Shown: positions 13,275-27,855, counted from the stretch's first letter. The stretch: DNA of 64,000 nt from Podarcis muralis (GCF_964188315.1 NC_135667.1:22072001-22136000); one strand, 5' to 3'. Numbers and translations are program-made. Notes: generated from the sequence alone by a model not told the origin.

Positions 13275-13432
13275 CAGTGGAGTAGTGTGGGTTGTCAGCA
13301 CCCGGGGCAAGGCAAGTAATTTGCGCCCCCTAACCCGTGGATTTGCGCCCCCTAACCTGTGGATTTGCCCTAACCCCAGATGTTGCGCCCGGTGCGGCCG
13401 GCCCCCCCTGCACCCCCCACGCTACGCCACTG
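13275..13432. mobile_element. hAT-type MITE, 158 bp
   Basis: TIR CAGTGG(A/C)GTAG(T/C)GTGGG, 8-bp TSD ATATGATG, internal tandem GATTTGCGCCCCCTAACC. Confidence 0.8.
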
Positions 13433-14539
13433 ATATGATGTCCCCAATATGGCCATTTTGTGATATACCATGTCAGCCATTTTGTGAATGGTGGCCACAG
13501 AACGTTTTAAAAAAATTCCAATGTGTAAAATGGCTTCAAAAAAGTGGTGATGGCTGGAAAGGGAAAAGAAAAAATGTGGGGTCAGTAACCAGGCCCTGTA
13601 GCAACTATTAAGAGTCATGGTCAAGGAGGGCTCACATATTTCATAAAGTAAAAACCAGAACACCCCAAAATTGTTGAGCTTGCTGAAGATCCAGGACAGG
13701 CCTCTGCTTCCAGGAAATCCCCCCTGAATGTCATTTCCACCTTTGAAATTCCAGTAATGTCTAGGATTGTGGTCAGATTGCCCTCTGACCTCCCACCAGA
13801 ACATCCTGGGAAACTTCCAGTGCATCCCACATGATTGCTCCCAGCATTGTCAGCAAAACACTGAGACCTTGGGGTGGGAGGAAGGCTGCACTCACTACAA
13901 AGTAACTGGATTAATACTTCTCCTTTGAGTGTCTGGATCTTTACAGTGATTAAAACAAAAACTCAGGAGCCTGCTCTGACAAATTGGCAAGGCATATTGT
14001 GGGTAAAGCTGCTCTTATTCATACTGAACCACTCTTGATACAAGTCCTGTGTAGATATCCGGAGCAACATCTAATCATTTTGTGGGGGATCATTTTTCAG
14101 ATAATAAAGCCTCTGGATGTGGACACGGTGCTTTGGTAGAGAGGATTTGCCTGTTACCTACATGCTCAAACATTTCCGTTCTTAGTTATTAGAAAGTGTA
14201 ACCCTGTTGATTCTCCCAATTCACTCAAGAACTTTTGATACCACAGACCATGGCATCCAACTGAATTGACTCTAAGATGCAGGAGTCGGGGATATTGTGT
14301 TTCCATTCCTAGCCACAGGGTCTGCTCATGTTTGAACAGTTGATTTCAACTTGTATCCATTCTTTATAATATATGCATGAAGTAAGGGTATAACACAGGA
14401 TTCACAGGATTCACAAATGCCAGGCTGAATCAATGTGATTTGGAAAGATTAAACAGGATCCCACCCCCTCCTGAAATTCAACATGAGAGAAAGTTGCACC
14501 TTCCGATTATAGAGTGCAAAATGGTTGATACTGGGAAAG

Positions 14540-14720
14540 GCACACTTTTAAGTACTTAGATCCCAGGCCATTTAGGACTTCATATGCTAGTACTAACACC
14601 ATGAATTAAGCCCAATAGCTCATTGGCTGCCAATGCACTGCTTTCAGGACCAGTGACACATTATCCCATCGGGCTTCCCACTTACCAGCCTAGCAGATGC
14701 TGTCTGTAATAATTGAGGTC
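14540..14720 (-). mobile_element. Old L2-type LINE fragment
   Basis: Hand translation ...VSLVLKAVHWQPMSYWA*FMVLVLAYEVLNGLGSKYL resembles the L2 ORF2 C-terminus. Confidence 0.5.
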
Positions 14721-15575
14721 TCTGGACCATCCTCAAGGTAGGTCCCACATAAGGGATTTATTTCCATATATCTTGTACTGACTTAGTGTATTAAGAATTG
14801 CATGCCAAGGCCCCGTGACCCTGTCGCTCCCAAGACAGCAACTTATAATTTGGTTCAAATAGGCCGCAACTTTATTGATTACAGATGCGAATGGCTATAA
14901 TCCTCCCCACCTGTCCTCAGATTGGAACATGTGAACACTGCCTGACTGTTGAAGGTCTAACATTTGGATAGCTTTCATTCTCCTGTACACACTTATTTCA
15001 CAAATTATTTTGCAAAATGGTTGAATTTGAAAACACAGAAAATGAGTGAATCTTACTTTTATATATTTATTAAATTTATATACCTGCATCAGACTATCAC
15101 AGAATGGTTTACAGTAGAAAAATACACTTCTAACATCTGGTATTTGGGTAAGATCATATAAATATTATATTATAATTTGGTGTTCATCACAGCCTTTTTC
15201 TTCCTAAACATTTAATCCCCTTAACAGGGTAGTTTATACTAGTGATGTGGCTGCAGGTGATGTGGTGGTGATTTGCCTCGTATGATTAGGTTTTCCTTTT
15301 TGGCATTTCCAACCTACCACCAGGTTTGGTGGGCATAGTATGTAAGTGAATATAAGTTGACGTAATGTACTTTACTCAATACATGGTATCCATTCAGGAA
15401 GATTCCACTTTTCCATTGGAATTTTTTTAATTAGAGGAAATTGATGGAATTTGAGTGAATATTTGTCTAGGTCACATTTTAGAAAAAAAACCCCTTAGAA
15501 ATATTCTGCAGTGTAGACACAATGTATTAGAGGCACATACACATAGCAGCTTCTGTGCTATATTTAAATCTATAT

Positions 15576-18500
15576 TCAAATTATTCTGCCTTTCCTCTTC
15601 ATTAGATGTTCCTTGTTGTTCAGCTCAGGCCTCAAAAGAATAATGTAACATTTTGGAAAAAAGATGCAGCCTAGCAATCCAGCGCTGGAGGCTAAGATAG
15701 CGAAGATCTCCACAGCAACCATGTATTTTCCCTTAGAGCTCATATAAGCTGGAACAAAAGATACCCAAACACTGCAAAAGACCAACATGCTGAAAGTGAT
15801 GAACTTTGCTTCATTGAAACTGTCAGGTAGTTTCCTGGCAAAGAAAGCCACAGTGAAGCTGGCAATTGCCAGGAAGCCCATGTAGCTCAGCACACTGGAA
15901 AACATAGCCACAGACCCTTCATTACATTCCAATACAACTTCTTTACTCACTGAGTGCATGTCCACATCTGGGAAGGGGGGAGAGGTTGCCAACCACACAG
16001 CACAGATACCAGTTTGAATAACAGAGCAGAAAAGCACAATGGAGTTGGCTAGCCTCTTCCCTACCCATTTCCTCATCCTAGATCCAGGTTTGGTGGCTAA
16101 GAAAGCCAGGACCACTGTGGTAGTTTTGGCCAACACACAAGAAACAGCCACAGAGAAGATGATGCTAAAAGCAGTTTGTCGGAGGAGACACAACACTTTT
16201 TCAGGCTGTCCAATGAATAGCAGTGCAGAAAGGAAGCAGAACAGGAGAGAGATTAGGAGAGTATAGGTGAGGTTCTGGTTGTTGGCTTTGACGATGGGAG
16301 TGTGATGGTGTTTTATAAATATTCCTAGCATCAGAGCAGTGGTGAAAGAAAAGGCTAGAGCAAAACAGGTTAAGCCAAGTCCTAACAGTCCCCCATATGA
16401 CAAATAGGTTACAGACTTAGGAATACATAAATCCTGATTTTTGCTTGGATACTTTTCATCAGCACATTTAATGCAGTCATTCATGTCTGAAATAGAAATG
16501 CCAGATCTTGATTTTACAAATACACCATAACATTTCAACACGATGCATAAAAATGTTTCTTTCACGCAGTCAAAACTGTTTGTACAAATTTATATATGTT
16601 CAGTGCTGGTACTCTCAAATGTGGTTTAGAGCCTCAGTGATATTAAGCAGCATCGTTAGTACTAAAAACAATGATTTTTTAAGCAGCCTAAGATTACAGT
16701 GCCAACCTAAATGTGGCAGAAGACCCATGATCATTAAAGGGGGAACTTTTGTTCATCTCCTGCAGCATCTAAGTAGTGTTTAAAGAAAGACCGAAGTAAA
16801 AGCATGTTGCAGTGCCATTCACAAAACATGAATGATAGCTGCTAAAGCAAAATATAGCTGCAAATTTCTCTGTTTATGTACTTTTCCTTTTAAAAATAAA
16901 ACAAAACAAAAAACAGACGATTTGTAGTTTATAGCCAAGGAGCAACACTAATTTAAGAATCCCGATTTTGAGGTGTACCTCAATAACATCTTTGAATGGT
17001 GATTTCTTTGGTGAGATATCAGCAGAGCAACACTACTAATAATGCATTGCAATTTTAATTGAATTAATTTCTTTACAATCACCAGGTCAAAATGATACCA
17101 CATGGACCAGATTCTCCCTAAGCAGCAGCCTCTTCTTAGATCCAGCTCACCAAACCATTTAACAAAATCTATCACTCAAGGAACAAAAAAGTAACCTTGA
17201 AGCATTCACAGTTATAAGCATACTCCTCTGAATGACACCCATTCTTTTGATAAACCTAAATAATATATTTCATACCCTCCTGGTTGGAAATCTCTCCTTC
17301 TGGGCAAGGGATGCAATCATAGCAGCAAGATGCCTCCGACTCCCTCCCTTTCTTCCTAAAACCAGGATGGCAACTCTCTGTACAGACAGAAAGAGGCTGT
17401 GCCTAATGAGAATACATAGTATGAAATTATTAGAAGAGTTTGCATTTGATATCCCGCCTTTCACTCCCTTTAAATAATAATAATAATAATAAATAATAAT
17501 AAATCTTTATTGTCATTGCCCCCTCTCGGAGACAACGAAATTACTTGGCTGCTCCATCCACCCAGGTAGGGCACTCCACACAAAATCAAAACAACTATAA
17601 AAACACTAATTAAAACAATACAGTATAATACAGCAAGGAAGGCTCAAAGTGGCTAATATTCTCCTTTCCCTTCCTCCCCCACAACAAACACTCTGTGAGG
17701 TGAGTGGGGCTGAGAGACTTCAAAGAAGTGTGACTAGCCCAAGGTCACCCAGCAGCTGCATGTGGAGGAGCGGAGACGCGAACCCGGTTCCCCAGATTAT
17801 GAGACTACCGCTCTTAACCACTACACCACACTGGCACATATTTAGTCCCCGTCCCCCCACCCCAGGACTCTCTATAGCAAGAAGGCATTTCATTCATGTA
17901 TGAATGGGTTCAATCTTACAAGTTGCGATTCAAAGCTTGTATATTTTGTAGTATTATGCCTGTATTTATAACACATTATTTGTTTATTTTTGTTGCTGTT
18001 TATTTTTTCATGCCAAACTGTATAACAAAAGTAATATTGATTAAGGTATAAATGTAAACATAAGAATAAATTACTCCTGTCTGCCCATGAACAGTATTTC
18101 ATAATTCAAATTATATTTATTTAAAACACAATGTATTTTACAAATAGGATTAAGAACCTTCCGTTTAACATAATATTCAATATACTCCAATGCATCATAT
18201 TATTTTTTCCTTTACAAGTTCATTGTTTTGTATAACTTTTTTAAAAATAATAATAATAATAATTCTGTTATTTTTATCCACATTCACTTCTCGGATATTT
18301 GACAGATTTTGGAAAACTGATTGGGTGATACCCAATTTGCTTAAATTTATTGTGCAGTATAGAAGGCTGGTTTCTAACATAAGTGTTAAAAGAGAGCTCA
18401 CGATCGTTCACAGAAATTTGCTTTGCACTTCCACGCAGAGAGGCAGTACTATTCAAAAATGGGAAATCTCCAGAGCTGCCAACAGTCAGATCCTACCTGG

Positions 18501-21500
18501 TTAAACCACTTGTGCCATGTGATGGCATCTTCATTTATGGTCAGGACTCGGTCTGAAGGTCTGTCAGGATCCACAGTCGAAATTTTCACTCTGTGAAAGG
18601 TTTGATTTGAGGAAACTATCCAATTGATAACATCAAATTCTGCTAATAATTCCAAATTATGGTCAAAAGAAATCCTGTTCCCAGCACTGTTGTTAAATGA
18701 GACACTTCTCAAAAACTGATGGAGCTAGATTGGAAAAGAAAAGGCAAATATCTTAAATAGATATTTAAGAATGTCTAGAGATGGATTTTGCAAATTAAGG
18801 TCTAATTGTGGCATCAGAATGCTGCCATGGAATGGGATGGAGGAATCTCTATGTGAATCCACAAAATTACATGAATGTAGGCTGCTCATGCTGTAAGTTT
18901 AGAAACCACAAAGAGGAAAGACAGCCTGAAGATGGTTCATAAATTTCAGCTAGTGCAGAAATCAGTGGCCAGGTTGCTCAGTGGAGCAAGACGGTTTGAG
19001 CATATGGCTTGATTGCACTGGCTGCCAATTAGTTTCCAGATCCAATTCAAAGTGCATTTAATTTCTGAGGATCGCAATACCTCAACACTTCTCTCCATAG
19101 GTAAAAAGGTAAAAGTAAAGGACCCCTGGATGGTTAAGTCCAGTCAAAGGTGACTATGGGGTTGTGGCACTAATCTTGCTTTCAGGCCGAGGAAGCAGGT
19201 GTTTCTCCACAGACAGCTTTCCGGGTCATGTGGCCAGCACAACTAAGCCGCTTTTGGTGCAACAATGAAAGCAGAGCAGTGTACGGAAATGCCGTTTACC
19301 TTCCCACTGGAGCTGCAACTATTTATGTACTTGTACTTTTTGGCGTGCTTTCATACTGCTAGGTTGGCAGGAGCTGGGACAGAGCAATGGGAGCTCATTT
19401 CATCGCGGGGATTCAAACCACCAACCTTCTGATCGGCAAGCCCAAGAGGCTCAGTGCCTTAGACCACAGCAGCACCTGCGTCCCACATGAACCCTGAGAA
19501 CATCATCTGAGGCCCTTCTTTGTGTTCCTCCTCCACGCGAGGTCCAGAAGATGGCAACATGAGAATGGGCCTTTGCTGCAGTGGTTCCCTGTTTGTGGCA
19601 TGCTCTTGCCAGGGAGGTTTGGCTTATATACCTTTAGGTGCCCGGCAAAAACATTCCTCTTCAACCAGACCTTTGGCTGATTGACACCCGATACCTTTTT
19701 AAATGTTTTGTGTGGGAATGTATTTTGTGGGTTTTTTTATATTGTAATTCTATGTTGTGAACTGCCCTGAGATCTACAGGTACAGGAAAGTATACAAATT
19801 TAATAAATAATAAATTATAATAATTTGATAGCACCATCACCAATTATCTGAGAAAGTCATGTTATGGCATAAATTTTTACAGCTTTTTCTCACAGCTACA
19901 GAAAGGTTACTCCTAGCCTAGTTACAGAATGTCATTTGGATTGCCAAGCTCTGCAGCAAAGTTGCTATTCCATTTGCAGCTCCAAAAAACTCCCCAAGTA
20001 TTTGTGCTTGATAAATTGCACATCTTTATAAACGCCCTATACTTTTACTTTTCTATAGCTTTAATATGATTTGGAGAGAAAGAGTGATGATAATGTGAAC
20101 ACAGGAAGAATGTGAGGAATAGGTTTCTACACTGGAGGCCTTTTGTAAGACCTAAGATACCATGCAAAGTTATATGATGATGTTCATGCCCCTACCTGCC
20201 ACATCTGGAGATTCTGAAACTTCAAAACCCTTCCATCCACTATTGCACTGTGTTTCACTCTAGACAAGGCAATGGCATGCAAAGCATGGGCCACAGCATA
20301 GACAGCATTGTAGATGTTGTAACTGTGACCAGTCATGCTTACTTCAAAAAACGTTCCAGGAAGGTTCTGCAGTTTCTCATCGCCAGTACAAATATATCCA
20401 TCTCCCCTCTCCAAAACAGTATTTGGGAATACACAGCCAAAAGCCTGCTGCCAGAAGTCTCTGATAAAACTGTCTCCTTTTGTCCTGGAAGGACTGATGC
20501 TCTCAACAAATGGCTTGAACGCTGGTAGGTCAGTGGTGTGAATTGTGAAAGAGAGAGCACCAAAGATTATATCTGTATCCCAATTCTTTTGAAAGGCCAA
20601 TGAAGTGAGCTCCATCTGGGCTGTCAGTATCCACACTTTCCCTCTTGATATATTTGTCTCATGTTCCTCTTTTGACAGATATGGAAACCATCTCAGATAC
20701 ATCATAGCATTAGATTCTCCATAAAACACTATTACATTGGCTTTGCTATTCATGGCTTTAGCGTGTATTTTTGACCCATGTTCTAACTTATCATCAAATT
20801 CAGTGAAAGAAATTGAAAAGGGGAGCACTTCTATGAAGGCAAAACAAATACCATTCTGGGAGAACAGTGAAACTGCTATTTGCAGAAATCTCTCTCCATT
20901 GTCTGTGTCCATAACAATGACCCCAATCCATATCCAACTGAAATGCAGTAATAAAGAGAGCATCCCTGAATACTGAAGAGTTTCCTTAGGGGTCATCTGG
21001 AAGAAAGAAAGTCCTGGGGCTTTATCGTTCATCACTGGAGCAGAACCATACACGAGCTGAACAGAGGCAAAGATTTAAGGAGAGATAAGTATAGCAATTT
21101 TTAAGCCGTAGTTTCATGTGTAAAGATAAAGGTAAAGGGACCCCTGACCGTTAGGTCCAGTCGCGGACGACTCTGGGGTTGCAGTGCTCATCTCGCTTTA
21201 CTGGCTGAGGGAGCTGGCGTACAGCTTCCGGGTCATGTGGCCAGCATGACTAAGCTGCTTCTGGCGAACCAGAGCAGCACACGGAAATGCCATTTACCTT
21301 CCCACCAGAGTGGTACCTATTGATCTACTTGCCCTTTGACATGCTTTAGAACTGCTAGGTTGGTCGGAGCTGGGACCGAACAATGGGAGCTCACCCTGTC
21401 GCAGGGATTCGAACCACCGACCTTCTGATCGGCAAGCCCTAGACTCTGTGGTTTAGACCACAGCGCCACCCGCTGGTCTGGAAACTCAGGCCTAGGCACC

Positions 21501-24500
21501 AAAAGCAGCTTTCTAGGCCTCTTTATCTGTGTCTCAGAACTCTCCCCAGGCCACACCTGCCACTGGCCCTGCTTCTTACAATGAGTGTTTTTGCCTAGCT
21601 AGAGTGAGTCCTTAATCTATGATAATGCCTCTTTGTCTCGAAACTAGCCTACACTACAAAGTTAAACTTTACATTCATTGACCCACTGACTTCTTATTCT
21701 TTCCCAGCCCACCACCAGCATGTGGCCCTCAAAATTTTGCGTACAAGAAGATAAGGCCCTTTGGCTGAAAAAGGTTCTCCAGCCCTGACATTAAGACACA
21801 AAGTGTACGTCAACCTGATAAAGTCAGTGGTTATTTTCCCATGCTAAAGATACAGGGCTGACCAAGAGACAATAGGGTCTAAGCAAATTCCTTTTATGGT
21901 TGGGGAAAGAACTTAGTGTATTTCCTCAGAACTCATGCTCTTTCACAAGCAGTCAGAAACAAATATTTTTTAAAAGATATAAATATGTATGTGTACATTG
22001 GTGGTCCAACCCAGTGTTTATTGCAATGTATTATGGTGTGCAATGGCTACAAACAGGAGACCTTGCACAATTGTATCCACATATGTCTCATTGCCGAAAC
22101 AAATGTCTCATTTTATGAAAAATTGGTGTGTGGATTCTGTTGACTGTTCCAGGCAGCCAAAGACATTGGGCTTGAACCCCTAAATTCCCCCAACACTTGG
22201 GTAGTGGACCTCCCTTCTTGCTCTGTCCCTGATGTGCTTCCTTTGCACTTTGAAATCTTTTCTATTCCACAAAACATTTAAAAGCATGAAAAGCAAGGTT
22301 TTTGGTTCTATGATGAATTCTAATTCTAATTATTATTTATGTACATCCATAAAAATCCAAGCATTAACCATTACATACATATCTGAAATAAATAAATAAA
22401 TAAATAATAATAAATAATATTAATTATGCACTATTCCCACATACAAATGAGCATGTGTGCCTTACCTACCTGTGGAATCTTATAGATATCGAGGATATTT
22501 GCAATTGCAACAGAGATTTTGGAGTCTAGTCCTCCAATCACTGCAGTCAGCTTATTCTGGATGTCACATTTGTAGTTCGGAACAAATCTCTCCAATGTAG
22601 ATAAAAGTAGCATTGTAGAATAGTAGGTCTGCTTTGCCTTGAAATAGCTGTCATAGATGTTGAAGCCTAAGGTGATATTGGGCAGGATCAGAGGGTCTTC
22701 ATTTATCTCATTCACTGCAAATCCCAGGGCCAGAATGTGTTGGTAATTCTTTGGCACTGCACTAGAATGAAAGTTGCATTCTGTATCAAACTATTCCACA
22801 CCTAAATAATAATAATAATAATAATAAACCACTATGTTCTGAATCTTCTTCCTCATTATTATTATTTTATTACCATCTCGAGCCAAATTGTGAGATGACA
22901 AATTGTGATTTTGTGCCCAGCCTGCATATACAAAAGCAAGCTGTGGTTTGTTTCTGTTTCCCAGGAGCAGTGCTAGGTGCTGCCCATTGGGACTGCTAGG
23001 ACAGAAAGCAGAGAGCCTAACAATAGATGAAGCACTTTGTAAGTACAATTGGTTTAATTCACACTGAAAATGGGAATGCCTGTGAAATGGTGAAAGGGTT
23101 TAACTGGAAAATTCCACTGAAGGTTTAGAGAAACAAGAAGGACCGTCTCTGAGCTTTAACTAGTTGATAAGTAACTGATTGTTCTCCTAGCTAACATATG
23201 AGTCACTTCCCCTTACCTTGGGGGTAAGTAGCTTTGTCACTTCCCCTTGCCTGAGGAGGAAATAGGTAATCAAGCCTTTGTTCCTCCCCCCAGTCTACCT
23301 GAGAATTCAGCATGCAATGCCCTCTGAGATGGTTGCTCCAGCTCAGCCACACAGCTGTCACCAGCCATTTTCATGTTCTTATACCAATAATTTATAAACT
23401 TTGATCATTTGGTTATAAAGCCACATCTTACTCCCTGTGCAGCATTTCTGACTCATATATGCAACAGCACATTAATTTGACCTGTGGAGAGTTTGTTAAG
23501 TAAGCATTTTTTTTAAAAAAAAAAAAAACTTTCCACATGTGGTCTTTTCCTATGCTGGGGAAGAGGGAATCTTTGAAAGGAACTTTTATAAAGGGCAATT
23601 TTGGAACTCCCTTGGAAAGGTGTATCCTAAACAATTTAGAGCCTATATTTCCACTCTTTACTTTGCTGCCTATTTTGTGAATTAAAATCTCTTCTGAGGT
23701 TCTCTCACCAAATAGTACTTGCCTTAAACTTGGCTCTTGGCATCAAAGGAAATTCTCCCTCTTTGTACTTTTTTCCTTGAACCAACATTAAGTAGGCTCT
23801 CCTACCCTTCCCCTTTTTTTACACTTACACCTTCTGTTCATGAGACTAGTGTTATTGTTCACTTCCTCTGCCATGCTTCCATAAACACTTGCACTGCACA
23901 ATCATGTGCAGAATGATGTTTCTGAGCATTAAACACTAAGGGATACACTTTACAATAGGGTTTCTTGATAACATGAGTCTAATATGCCCTATGCTAAGAT
24001 AGCAGAACAAAAGTGTGAGAATAGAAAGAAGTGAGAGATATGATGGAACAAAGAAATCACAGCAGAATTTTGGTAACACAGCCAATGAAAGATATAGTGA
24101 AGAGAAATAAAATAGTTTCTGAAGGCTTAAATGTATCCTCCCGGGGGGGGGGGGGGGATTTCCACTTCAGCATTCTATTAATGTATTACCTTTTTATACA
24201 TCTAAGACAAGAAGCCACTGTTTATAGACTGTAGTTCTACCACTGCTCATTTCAGTGACAAAATACAAAGAGATTAAAACAAATAAAGAATAAGTGCTTA
24301 CAAGAAATCTTCAAGCAATGCTGGTGGAGGGTCTTCAGTGAAAGCTATTGAATTGTCGAAAAAGCTACCATGAGTTGCAATGCCACCAATGATGAGGTCT
24401 CCTGACTGATGGTACATGTGTTGTGGGTAACGTGGACCACAAATCCTACATTTCACAGCATGAGATTTCCATAACTTGTGAGGAAGCAGTGCCAGCAGGA

Positions 24501-24519
24501 AGACCACTAAAACCACCAT
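15576..24519 (-). CDS. V2R gene C, complete 6-exon, predicted 878 aa
   Basis: Exons 24302-24519, 22470-22761, 20196-21056, 18497-18724, 17276-17402, 15576-16486 total 2637 bp, in frame. Same V2R motifs. Confidence 0.93.
17431..17835 (-). mobile_element. tRNA-derived SINE (Squam3-like) with a nested LINE 3'-tail fragment ending in (TAT)n, intron 4 of gene C
   Basis: Head GCCAGTGTGGTGTAGTGGTTAAGAGC and tail GCGGGATATCAAAT..AAACTC, interrupted by about 160 bp carrying AATAAAG plus (TTA)n. Absent from gene D. Family name from recall. Confidence 0.6.
19099..19484 (-). mobile_element. Sauria-type SINE, intron 3 of gene C (uninterrupted paralog of the SINE split by the chromovirus)
   Basis: GGTAAA tail, CCGGGTCATGTGGCCAGC core, tRNA-like head. 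Confidence 0.85.
21128..21473 (-). mobile_element. Sauria-type SINE, intron 2 of gene C
   Basis: Same head and tail on the minus strand. Absent from gene D. Confidence 0.85.
23038..23466. mobile_element. Probable older solo LTR (ERV-like) in intron 1 of gene C, with a paralogous copy at about 42299-42731
   Basis: TGTAAG...GCAACA ends with an imperfect flanking repeat GCACTT/GCACAT. Present in both duplicated units, so it predates the duplication. Confidence 0.4.
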
Positions 24520-24708
24520 CCTCACTACAAGGATAATTTTATTTTTTACACGGAAATTCTGCTATTCTCTTTTACAACACTATATATAATGTCTTGATGA
24601 CTAACAGCCTTCTTTATTTGAGCCTTGGAGTGAATAATAGAAACTATTAGAGATCACACTGGAGGACTGTTTCTGTTACCAGTCCTTTCCCCTGCCCCAC
24701 ATGGTGCT

Positions 24709-24793
24709 GGGTATATTTATAACAGTCTTGGTTGCCTTTGCTTAACAGTGTTTGCTGTAAATCTTGTTTGTGGCTCATGAATCCCACAGGGAG
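24709..24793 (-). promoter_or_regulatory. Candidate V2R core promoter (TATA-like box plus conserved 24-bp block); homologues upstream of genes A, B, D and E
   Basis: (A/C)TAAATAT lies about 200 bp upstream of every ATG, and the plus-strand block GTGGC....AA.TCCACAG.G lies 40-55 bp further upstream, in all five genes whose exon 1 is in the window. Confidence 0.55.
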
Positions 24794-26059
24794 CTGGACA
24801 AGAAGAATGAATTACTAGGCATTTGATAGTAATTAAAGAGGGAGGTGGTCATGGGTTCCACTCTTGGGGTTCCCAATGAATAAATTGTTGAATAAATTAT
24901 GTTTGTCACATCTGACAATGTGTTTGGAATGGTATACAAGAAAAAAATGACACCAGAAATAATGCTGTTCTCTGGAGCTAGAGACAAAAGTAACTTCTTT
25001 CATGATAGGAGAAGCCTTCTTTTCAAAACTACAGGAATCGATGAGCCACATGGGTTGTTCCTAGCATGACCCAGTCATTGCTTTTCCATTGTAAGCTGCA
25101 AGCATAATTAAAATGGACTTTCCACAACACCAGGAGTTGGGGTAGTTTGGGATGCAGCCTGTACTCTCAGAGGGAATGGAGGCAACAGAACCCTGCCTTC
25201 CAAATTTCACTGCTGCCACCAGCTGGATGTTAGCTTGTTTTTACCCTTGCTGCCTCAATTGAACAGCTCTTTTATTGATATTTAACTTTATTAAGATACT
25301 CCTTATACTGTGTAGAATACTATGGCATTTAGGTATTAAGAAAATAGCAAGGCATCAGACAAATGCCTCCCAACCACCAACAGCCCATGCTTTTACTTAT
25401 GGTTTTAGTAAGGCCTCCAGTTAAACAATTTTTGAAAACATGAAAAAGAAGAGTTAAGAACATCTAGAATACAGGGAATCAAAAAGGGTTTCAAGAAATC
25501 AGCCTCCAGAAGAAGAAGCCTGCAGGAAGAAACCCTTCTTCCTATACACTTTGTTGTATAGAATGAACCGAAAGCGGTTTAAAAATACATATGTTAGCAA
25601 AAATAACAAAAGAAATTAGGGGATCCCCCCCCATGAGTATATTAGTAAAAACTGCATACAAAATGATGTTTATTAGAATAAATATTTAAATTAAGGTTTT
25701 TTTTTATGAGAAGACTTGCAAGTGCAGTTATCAGGACCTAGTGAACACGGTGTTAAATGGAGTTGAGTCAGTGTAATTGGCTATGGATCTGAATTCTGGG
25801 GAATGAAACTCTCATAGCTATCCCCCTTTTTGTTAAAGAAACAGCAGCCTATTAAACATTCTGAATCATAATAACTGAATTGAGAGTTGTTGTTTTTACA
25901 TTGTATCCTTTTCATTAAACATAACCATCCATTTTTAAATAATTGTTTTGTAAAATTGAAATAAATATTTGATTAATTCACTTTCAAAAAGAGGTGTCTA
26001 TGCTCTTTTGGAACCACACTTAAATTACCACAGGTACTGGTGGATTAAAAGATTTTTTT

Positions 26060-27278
26060 TTAGTATCAAGTACCGCCCTGTGCCCCAAATGCATCATTGC
26101 ACCTAGAGGCTAATCTTCCCTCGGTAGAATTACCGATCTGGCACAGGACACTTAACTGTTGGCTTTGCCTAAACTCAAATCCCTCCGGTCTAATATCCCT
26201 AGTGCTGCAAGATTGTCACAAGAGTGCCTGGTCTAAAATTGTATATCAAAAACTTCACTCTTGTGGCTTATCACCACAACAGCTACTCACTTTGGGTTTT
26301 AGTAAAGCAATCAGTCTAATTTGTCTGTGCCTAAATGATATCAGGGACGCGGGTGGCGCTGTGGGTAAAAGCCTCAGCGCCTAGGGCTTGCCGATCGAAA
26401 GGTTGGCGGTTCGAATCCCCGCGGCGGGGTGCGCTCCTGCTGCTCGGTCCCAGCGCTTGCCAACCTAGCAGTTTCAAAGCACCCCCGGGTGCAAGTAGAT
26501 AAATAGGGACCGCTTACCAGCGGGAAGGTAAACGGCGTTCCGTGTGCTGCGCTGGCTCGCCAGATGCAGCTTTGTCACGCTGGCCACATGACCCGGAAGT
26601 GTCTGCGGACAGCGCTGGCCCCCGGCCTCTTGAGTGACATGGGCGCACAACCCCAGAGTCTGTCAATACTGGCCCGTACGGGCAGGGGTACCTTTACCTT
26701 TAAATGATATCAAGCACTAGAACAACTTGGCCACAATAAGGAAATTTTGCCCATGGTATGACTATTTTCCACCTTCCCATTTGACTCTCTGGCACCCTAT
26801 CTGCATAACCTAGCAATTGTAAAACATAGATGCGCTTTTACTCTCACAAGATTGAATATATTGCCCTCGGCTGTACTTGAAGGACGATTCCAACAGTTTC
26901 CACACAAAAAATACTTATGTCCCTGTGGAGATGGCAGTACTGAATCAGTGACACATGTCCTTCTGGCTTGCACTCTTTATAAAGACTTGAGCAATGAGAT
27001 TATCACCCCTTTTTATTGTCCATTCCAGGTTGCCCAGCCACTGCCACACTATCCTTTCTCTTGGCAGATCAAGATGAGCAGGTGACACAAAAGGTTGCAA
27101 GGTTTTTAGCTGGGGCAATTAGAATAAGATCCACTACTTGACTATTGATTCAAAACCCTAAAATGTATTTTATATAATCAACTTTTTATTTGTATTTCTA
27201 TTCTCTGTATATTGTATTGTTGTTTTATTGCTACGGCTGATGGCTGAGGCAAATAAAGATTCATTCATTCATTCATTC
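26060..27278 (+). mobile_element. Non-LTR retrotransposon 3' remnant with a CCHC motif and (TTCA)n tail; paralog at about 50130-50985
   Basis: LCPCGDGSTESVTHVLLAC zinc knuckle, then AATAAAG plus ATTC repeats. Clade not determined and the 5' limit is approximate. Confidence 0.6.
26344..26700 (+). mobile_element. Young full-length Sauria-type SINE
   Basis: tRNA-like head (GGTGGCGCTGTGG...GGTTCGAATCCC), ACCTTT tail, 12-bp TSD TAAATGATATCA, CpG-rich. Empty site in the paralog near 50415. Confidence 0.9.
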
Positions 27279-27855
27279 AAGTTAAAATATATGGTGGCGG
27301 GGGGGCGGGTGGAAATGGGTTTCTATAGATTTGGTAGAACAGTGGTGGGGTGAAAAGGAACTTATATCCCACATTTACACATTGCAGTGTACTGCTTCGT
27401 TTTCTTTAGTGCTGTTTACTGAATTTACTGATATCTGACCGAACAGGGAAAAGATGCAGCAGAGCACCTCTAAATTCCTCCATGTTGCATGAAACCTGAT
27501 TGGGATTGGAACAATAAAAACTAGGGATATAGTGCTTTGAAACTAATTTACTCCAGCTTTCTTGTAGTGCAAATAAGAACCCTCACCAGCGATGAAGTTT
27601 TTATTAAAAAAATATAACTAATGAGTGAATAGAATCACAGAGATTGAGAAGAAATATTGCATTTGGAAAGAATCACATGGAACATATACATATGAATGGC
27701 TGTCCTTCAAAAAACGGGAAGGTTAAACAACTGGAAATGAAAGATTTGTCCATCTATGGTGAACACAGAATTCCAAACTCTACATAAGGGCTTCTGAATT
27801 TCAAGAAAAGCTGCTGAAAGCTCAATGGACACCACTTTCCCCTCCATCAGAATCT

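Noticed and set aside
13900-14520. Possible ERV env or other coding remnant in the B-C intergenic region
   Set aside because: Hand translation gave no convincing motif; a translated search would be needed.
26344-26420. tRNA-like A/B boxes as tRNA genes
   Set aside because: They are SINE heads followed by SINE body, tail and TSD.
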